Part shown: in pieces, positions 50,277-54,940 of the stretch
Layout: every line of letters starts with the position of its first letter
How positions within the stretch are numbered: the first letter of the stretch is position 1
DNA from: Candidatus Poribacteria bacterium
GTDB lineage: Bacteria; Poribacteria; WGA-4E; UBA9662
Assembly (NCBI GenBank): GCA_036339735.1
Contig: JAYZAL010000086.1
Span: 1-54,940, forward strand
Direction of reading: 5' to 3'
Length of the DNA: 54,940 nucleotides
Notes under the pieces: generated by a model
Told to the model about the DNA's origin: nothing
What the model saw: only the letters and a program-made list of their open reading frames with translations
The model's database searches: none
Made by a program: the position numbers and the translations under genes

Positions 50277-51425
50277 TTAGTAGCCATACTTCTTCATGGT
50301 TTTTTGAAGCCGATCAATTGGAATGGCATGTACGATTCTTTCTTTTTTGCCGACGCTAGTTGTTGCCATAGTCATCGAGTTGTAAATGGCTTCCTCGGTA
50401 GACTCAATCACTGCCTGATAGAGGGCATCTAGGTTTTGGTTCTGGAGCATTCTCAACGATAGTACTTTATTGTTAGTTTGACGTGGAATTTTGTTGGCTG
50501 TCGAAAAGGCTATAACAAATTCTCCGCTACTCATAGTGCTTGGTGTTCCAGTCCTAGCAAGTCCATGAGTTGCTCGTAAACAAAGTTGTCGAAGTTGTCG
50601 ATGTGTTAGTGGTGCGTCGGTCGCAATCACGATAATGAAGGAGCCATCTTTGCCCTGAAAAGGAAGTAAGTCGGGAATTTCTTGGCCAACTGGTACACCA
50701 TCAATCCGAAGTTGATGGCGACGCCCTCCATTAGCATTAACCAACACACCCACCACATAACCCCCTTGCTCTTTTGGGATTCGGCGAGACGCTGTTCCTA
50801 TACCAGACTTAAACTGATAGCAACGCATACCTGTTCCAGCTCCAACACACCCCTCATCAACAGGACCTGCTGTTGCTGTCTCAATAGCTTCTATCGCATG
50901 TTCCGGTCGAACATGTAGGCCACGAATATTGTTCAAATAACCGTCATAGCATTCTCCTACGATTGGCAACGATATATATTTTAGATGGCGAGCGACTCCT
51001 TCATGTACTGCCCCCACTGATAAGGTATTAGTCAGCATGATTGGGGATTCAATGTAACCCGAATCATTCGTCCAAGACATGCCAGTCATTTCGCCATTTC
51101 CATGGATGGTGAATGCCGCTCCAACCACCGAATAAGTATCCATGTCTGAGTTGGGAATGACTGCGGTTACACCAGTCCTGACATCACTACCTCTGTTTAG
51201 TGTCACATGCCCCACGCGTACCCCTTCCACGTCAGTAATAGCATTATAAGGACCAGGAGAATAAATTCCAATTTCGTAGCCAAGTTCCCTAATCCTGACT
51301 CGTCTACTTTTATCTTGAGCTGAAAGCGAAATAGATAGACTAACCAGAAAGACGAATATTATAGGAATCGAACAGGAAAAATCCAGTTTTCTATACAGAC
51401 TCATAGTAACCAACATCTTAATCAA
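50277..51425 (-). CDS. P1/S58 family peptidase (DmpA-like aminopeptidase)
   Basis: NAITDVEGVRVGH, VGECYDGYLN, GAGTG, DGS autoprocessing site, ATDAPL. Confidence 0.9.
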   Translation of the reverse strand: MIKMLVTMSLYRKLDFSCSIPIIFVFLVSLSISLSAQDKSRRVRIRELGYEIGIYSPGPYNAITDVEGVRVGHVTLNRGSDVRTGVTAVIPNSDMDTYSVVGAAFTIHGNGEMTGMSWTNDSGYIESPIMLTNTLSVGAVHEGVARHLKYISLPIVGECYDGYLNNIRGLHVRPEHAIEAIETATAGPVDEGCVGAGTGMRCYQFKSGIGTASRRIPKEQGGYVVGVLVNANGGRRHQLRIDGVPVGQEIPDLLPFQGKDGSFIIVIATDAPLTHRQLRQLCLRATHGLARTGTPSTMSSGEFVIAFSTANKIPRQTNNKVLSLRMLQNQNLDALYQAVIESTEEAIYNSMTMATTSVGKKERIVHAIPIDRLQKTMKKYGY

Positions 51426-52206
51426 TTTTTATATACTGAGTGGCAGACAAAAACTGAGCCGTACGGGGATCCTGCGGATCATTGAACAATCGTTCGGGCG
51501 GACCAAATTCAACTATCCTTCCCTGATCGATAAATATAACGTTGTTAGCAAATCGACGGGCAAAATCCATCTCGTGCGTAGCAATAATCATTGTCATTCC
51601 CTCGTCAACTAATTGTCGCATAACATCGAGGACTTCCGCAATTAGTTCAGGGTCTAGGGAAGAGGTTGGCTCATCAAACAACATTACCTTTGGTTGCATG
51701 GCCAATGCTCTAGCAATTGCGACTCGTTGTTGCTGACCACCTGATAATCGTGAAGGATAAGCATCTTTTTTATCAGCCAGACCCACTTTTTCTAATAATT
51801 GCAGACCTAGTTCATTAGCAGTATTTTTTTTCATTTGCCTTAATAAAACTGGAGCCTCAATTATATTTTCTAGAGCAGTCCGATGAGTAAATAAATTAAA
51901 TGATTGAAATACCATGCCTGTTTTGGCTCGTAGGGCTTGGACTTGATTCACATTAGTACTTTCATCTGCATGTGCTGTGATCTTTACACCATCAATTTGA
52001 ATTGTGCCGCCGTGAGGTTGCTCCAAAAAATTAATACACCGGAGTAATGTACTTTTCCCAGAACCACTTGGACCAATTAAGCAGACTACTTCTGTAGTTT
52101 CTACGCTAAAAGAAATCTGTTTTAGTACGTGTAATGTACCAAAAAACTTTTCTATGTTTTGCACAGATATCATTGGGCTATAATCTGCATTATTCCGAGG
52201 CCTCAT
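51418..52206 (-). CDS. polar amino acid ABC transporter ATP-binding protein (GlnQ-like)
   Basis: GPSGSGKST, LSGGQQQR, FDEPTS, THEM. Confidence 0.95.
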   Translation of the reverse strand: MRPRNNADYSPMISVQNIEKFFGTLHVLKQISFSVETTEVVCLIGPSGSGKSTLLRCINFLEQPHGGTIQIDGVKITAHADESTNVNQVQALRAKTGMVFQSFNLFTHRTALENIIEAPVLLRQMKKNTANELGLQLLEKVGLADKKDAYPSRLSGGQQQRVAIARALAMQPKVMLFDEPTSSLDPELIAEVLDVMRQLVDEGMTMIIATHEMDFARRFANNVIFIDQGRIVEFGPPERLFNDPQDPRTAQFLSATQYIKID

Positions 52207-53048
52207 TGTCGAACACTCTTTGAAAAATTATCTTCAACTCGAGATTGAAATGTTGAAAAGATGATGGTCAAGACCCAATAAAACACTGCCGCAACTAAAA
52301 GTGCTTCGAGTTGTCGAGCATCACGACGACCATGTTTCCCTGCTCTCCATAGGATTTCATGCACGAAACCGACGGTGGAAATCAGCGCAGAATCTTTTTG
52401 CATGGCAATAAACTGGTTTCCAATCGGTGGAATAATTAATCGCAAAGCTTGGGGAAACACAATTCTACGTAAAGTTTGACCGTTAGTCATGCCCAAAGCG
52501 TAAGCAGCTTCCTTTTGTCCAATGTCGACGGACTCAATTCCAGCCCTAAAGATCTCCGCCATATATGCTCCATAATTCAGGCCTAACGCCAAAATCCCAG
52601 CTGTCATGGGACCCAGACGAATCCCAATCTGAGGTAAAGCAAAAAAGAGAAAGAAAATTTGTAACAACAGTGGTGTTCCCCGTACCAGAGATATGTAAAA
52701 AGTAGACGTAGCATAAGCTAACGGGATTCTAGACATACGCCCCAGAGCACTCAGTAGAGCTAGCATGCTGGCCAATGTAATCGAAGAAACAGATAAAATT
52801 ATGGTGATGATCACACCTCGGCCAATGTCTGGTCCTGAACGCTTGATGAACTCCAAGTCGAGAGTAATAGTCTTAATACGGAGACCAAATAGACTTATCT
52901 CTAGCCCACTAAAGAGAAACAGCAAAAAGAAAAATAAAATCGACCAGGATATGAAGACCTTTAACTGGAACCGACGTTCTCTTCTCCGACGGATCTGGTC
53001 AACTTCGTAACCGAGTCTGTTGCCTGATGGCATGGCTTTCCAGAGCAT
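52203..53048 (-). CDS. polar amino acid ABC transporter permease (HisM/GlnP-like)
   Basis: RGTPLLLQ, AYMAEIFRAGI..GQKEAAYALGM (EAA motif). Confidence 0.93.
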   Translation of the reverse strand: MLWKAMPSGNRLGYEVDQIRRRRERRFQLKVFISWSILFFFLLFLFSGLEISLFGLRIKTITLDLEFIKRSGPDIGRGVIITIILSVSSITLASMLALLSALGRMSRIPLAYATSTFYISLVRGTPLLLQIFFLFFALPQIGIRLGPMTAGILALGLNYGAYMAEIFRAGIESVDIGQKEAAYALGMTNGQTLRRIVFPQALRLIIPPIGNQFIAMQKDSALISTVGFVHEILWRAGKHGRRDARQLEALLVAAVFYWVLTIIFSTFQSRVEDNFSKSVRQ

Positions 53049-53123
53049 CCACCTTTCTAAGTTTCTGAGTACTACCTACTGAAAGCATGGACAGGAGATT
53101 AGACTATTTTCTAAGCAATTTAC

Positions 53124-53132
53124 ATTTTATCA
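53124..53132 (-). promoter_or_regulatory. extended -10 element (TGATAAAAT) for the ABC/peptidase operon
   Basis: Reverse complement of attttatca in the 106-bp gap upstream of the permease. Confidence 0.4.
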
Positions 53133-53154
53133 TCTAATTTTCCATAAATTCGAT

Positions 53155-54909
53155 TTATATCTGGTCAAACAAATCTTTGCAGCTTTGAATATCTACAGCT
53201 AAATTTTCAAGACCGTGCTTCTTTACCCAAGAAGTTGTAGTGTTGTATAGAGCTAATGCAAAAATTTCATTACCGTTGGTGTTAAGAGTTTGGACCTGAT
53301 CCCTAATTGACTTCAAAGATTTACGAAGCAAGTGTGTCGTGTCACAATTTCGACTCAGCTCACAAGCTTCGAGATGATACTTTACACCTTCTTGAGTACT
53401 ACCTTGACTAAATGCTACATTTCCTTGAAGTAGGCGTAGTTCAATTACTGAGGCCAACAAAGCAAAATTAGAGTGATCAAAGTTTCCAACTAGTGCATCA
53501 GCTTGCATCAGCATTGAGATAGCGTCAGCTTTGTTGTTTTTCTTGTCATATAAATTGTGCAGATTGATGAAGACACGTAGGCGTCCATGTAGTGAACCAC
53601 TTTCGCTGGTACTTGGGTAGTGAGCTATTCTTCTATATGACTCTTCTGCTTTAACCCAATGTTTACCTTTTTCATACACTACTCCCAATAACTCATGTGC
53701 TTCTCGCATGATGTTATTGGCCTCGCTCAAGTCAATACTGGTTAGTTGGTGATAGTCTTGAATAATAGCTGTCAAATTATGCGTAGCTCGTTCTAGTTGG
53801 TTACTATTTACAAAAATCGCCGACTTCAACAGTTTGGATTTGACAACACCCATCTTTGCAATCGAAGAGCTTGATTCTTGCTCCAGCCGCGTGAAAATAA
53901 TTAGGGAACGGTGTACATAATCAAGGGCTGCTTCGTAATTGATCCCTTCTTGGTAGTATGTTGCAGACATTTCCTGATGAGTTTGAGCCAAACTGAGGGA
54001 GTCATTAACTGCCTTCAATTTCCAAAGTTTCACAGCATCTTTCATCCGATCCACTGCTTCTGAGAAACGGCCTAATTCTCGATATAATACCCCTAAGGAA
54101 AGTAGTAATTTCGCTCGAAGATGTTGGTGCGGTCCATCAATGGAAAGACCTTCTAAGAAATTTTGAATTGCCGTTTCTCGGTCTCTATTTGACTGATAAG
54201 CATTGCCAGTAAGGTAATATGACATAGCAAGGCTTTCACTGTCTTTCAGTTGATCGCTAATTTTTCTTGCCTGTAAGAAATATTGAATTGCTTCTTCAAA
54301 AGCTTCAAGTTTTTGATTCATTTGACCCATCTTGAAGCAGGTCTGTAGTCGCAGATAGAGGGTATCTTGCAGGGAAGGCTCATTCACCAAGCGAGCGTAC
54401 AAATCCTGAAAAGCGCGAAGAGACAATTCTGGCCCAACTTCTTTTTCCATCAAAAAGGCATTATAGAATTTACCCCAACACTCTACTATAGGCCGGTCAG
54501 TCATACTCTCTAAGGAGCTTATTAAACGACGGTAATAAATTAAGTCTTCCGGCATATTTCTGAATTCAACTTCTCGAAAAAGAGAAAGGAGAAGTTCGTC
54601 TATGTGGTCTTTACCATCAATAGTTTCTTGGGCCCAATTTTCTTTTAGAAAATTAGGAGCACCTTCACTTTCGTATATACTTTGTTTATACGAAAGTGGC
54701 ATCGGATTAGCAATAAATTCAAGTAATTTAGGGTCCTTCCCACTATACTTAGCGAATTTTCGGATAAACTTATTTGACGCTTTTCGCTTGTTTGTTTCAA
54801 TCAAACCAATTAGAGTATGGCTCACGCCGAGCAATTCCGCCAATTCCCTTAAACTCATTTTCTTTTCGGCTCTAAATTCTCTAAGATGTTCAGCAAATGT
54901 CAGTTTCAT
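53155..54909 (-). CDS. XRE-family HTH + TPR-repeat regulator
   Basis: LREFRAEKKMSLRELAELLGVSHTLIGLIETN HTH followed by many TPR-like helical repeats; AAGGA RBS. Confidence 0.85.
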   Translation of the reverse strand: MKLTFAEHLREFRAEKKMSLRELAELLGVSHTLIGLIETNKRKASNKFIRKFAKYSGKDPKLLEFIANPMPLSYKQSIYESEGAPNFLKENWAQETIDGKDHIDELLLSLFREVEFRNMPEDLIYYRRLISSLESMTDRPIVECWGKFYNAFLMEKEVGPELSLRAFQDLYARLVNEPSLQDTLYLRLQTCFKMGQMNQKLEAFEEAIQYFLQARKISDQLKDSESLAMSYYLTGNAYQSNRDRETAIQNFLEGLSIDGPHQHLRAKLLLSLGVLYRELGRFSEAVDRMKDAVKLWKLKAVNDSLSLAQTHQEMSATYYQEGINYEAALDYVHRSLIIFTRLEQESSSSIAKMGVVKSKLLKSAIFVNSNQLERATHNLTAIIQDYHQLTSIDLSEANNIMREAHELLGVVYEKGKHWVKAEESYRRIAHYPSTSESGSLHGRLRVFINLHNLYDKKNNKADAISMLMQADALVGNFDHSNFALLASVIELRLLQGNVAFSQGSTQEGVKYHLEACELSRNCDTTHLLRKSLKSIRDQVQTLNTNGNEIFALALYNTTTSWVKKHGLENLAVDIQSCKDLFDQI

Positions 54910-54940
54910 CGGTATATTCCTTCATCTTCTTTTTGCCAGA

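Noticed and set aside
3562-53010. Numerous 60-140 aa ORFs antisense or out of frame within long genes
   Set aside because: Shadow ORFs of well-supported genes with no independent motifs.
53012-53145. Tiny minus-strand ORFs (MIKCKLLRK; MLSVGSTQK...) as a pheromone for the XRE-TPR protein
   Set aside because: No RBS or signal-peptide character; they overlap the promoter motif or the permease start.

Overview
Bacterial chromosomal window, moderately AT-rich and densely coding. The gene content points to a marine Candidatus Poribacteria-like organism (inference): five PhyH-type Fe(II)/2OG dioxygenases, a DUF1549/1553-DUF1501-PPC cluster, an FG-GAP/ASPIC-UnbV protein, a dockerin/FlgD-type C-terminal domain protein, a WGxIK-tailed protein, a sulfatase and an FGE-domain protein. 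Housekeeping genes include truA, nagA, metG, dapB and nnr. I found no tRNA, rRNA, CRISPR array or transposase. The standout is an ORF-free stretch of about 1 kb (1720-2736). It is closed by a perfect 15-bp inverted repeat and filled with nested helices whose non-Watson-Crick pairs are mostly G-U on the + strand. This makes it a candidate very large structured ncRNA that I cannot assign to a known family, and it sits next to a divergent 93-aa basic orphan ORF. A second highlight is a PhyH paralogue with HxG instead of HxD, the signature of radical halogenases. All structure calls were made by eye and no folding or searches were run.
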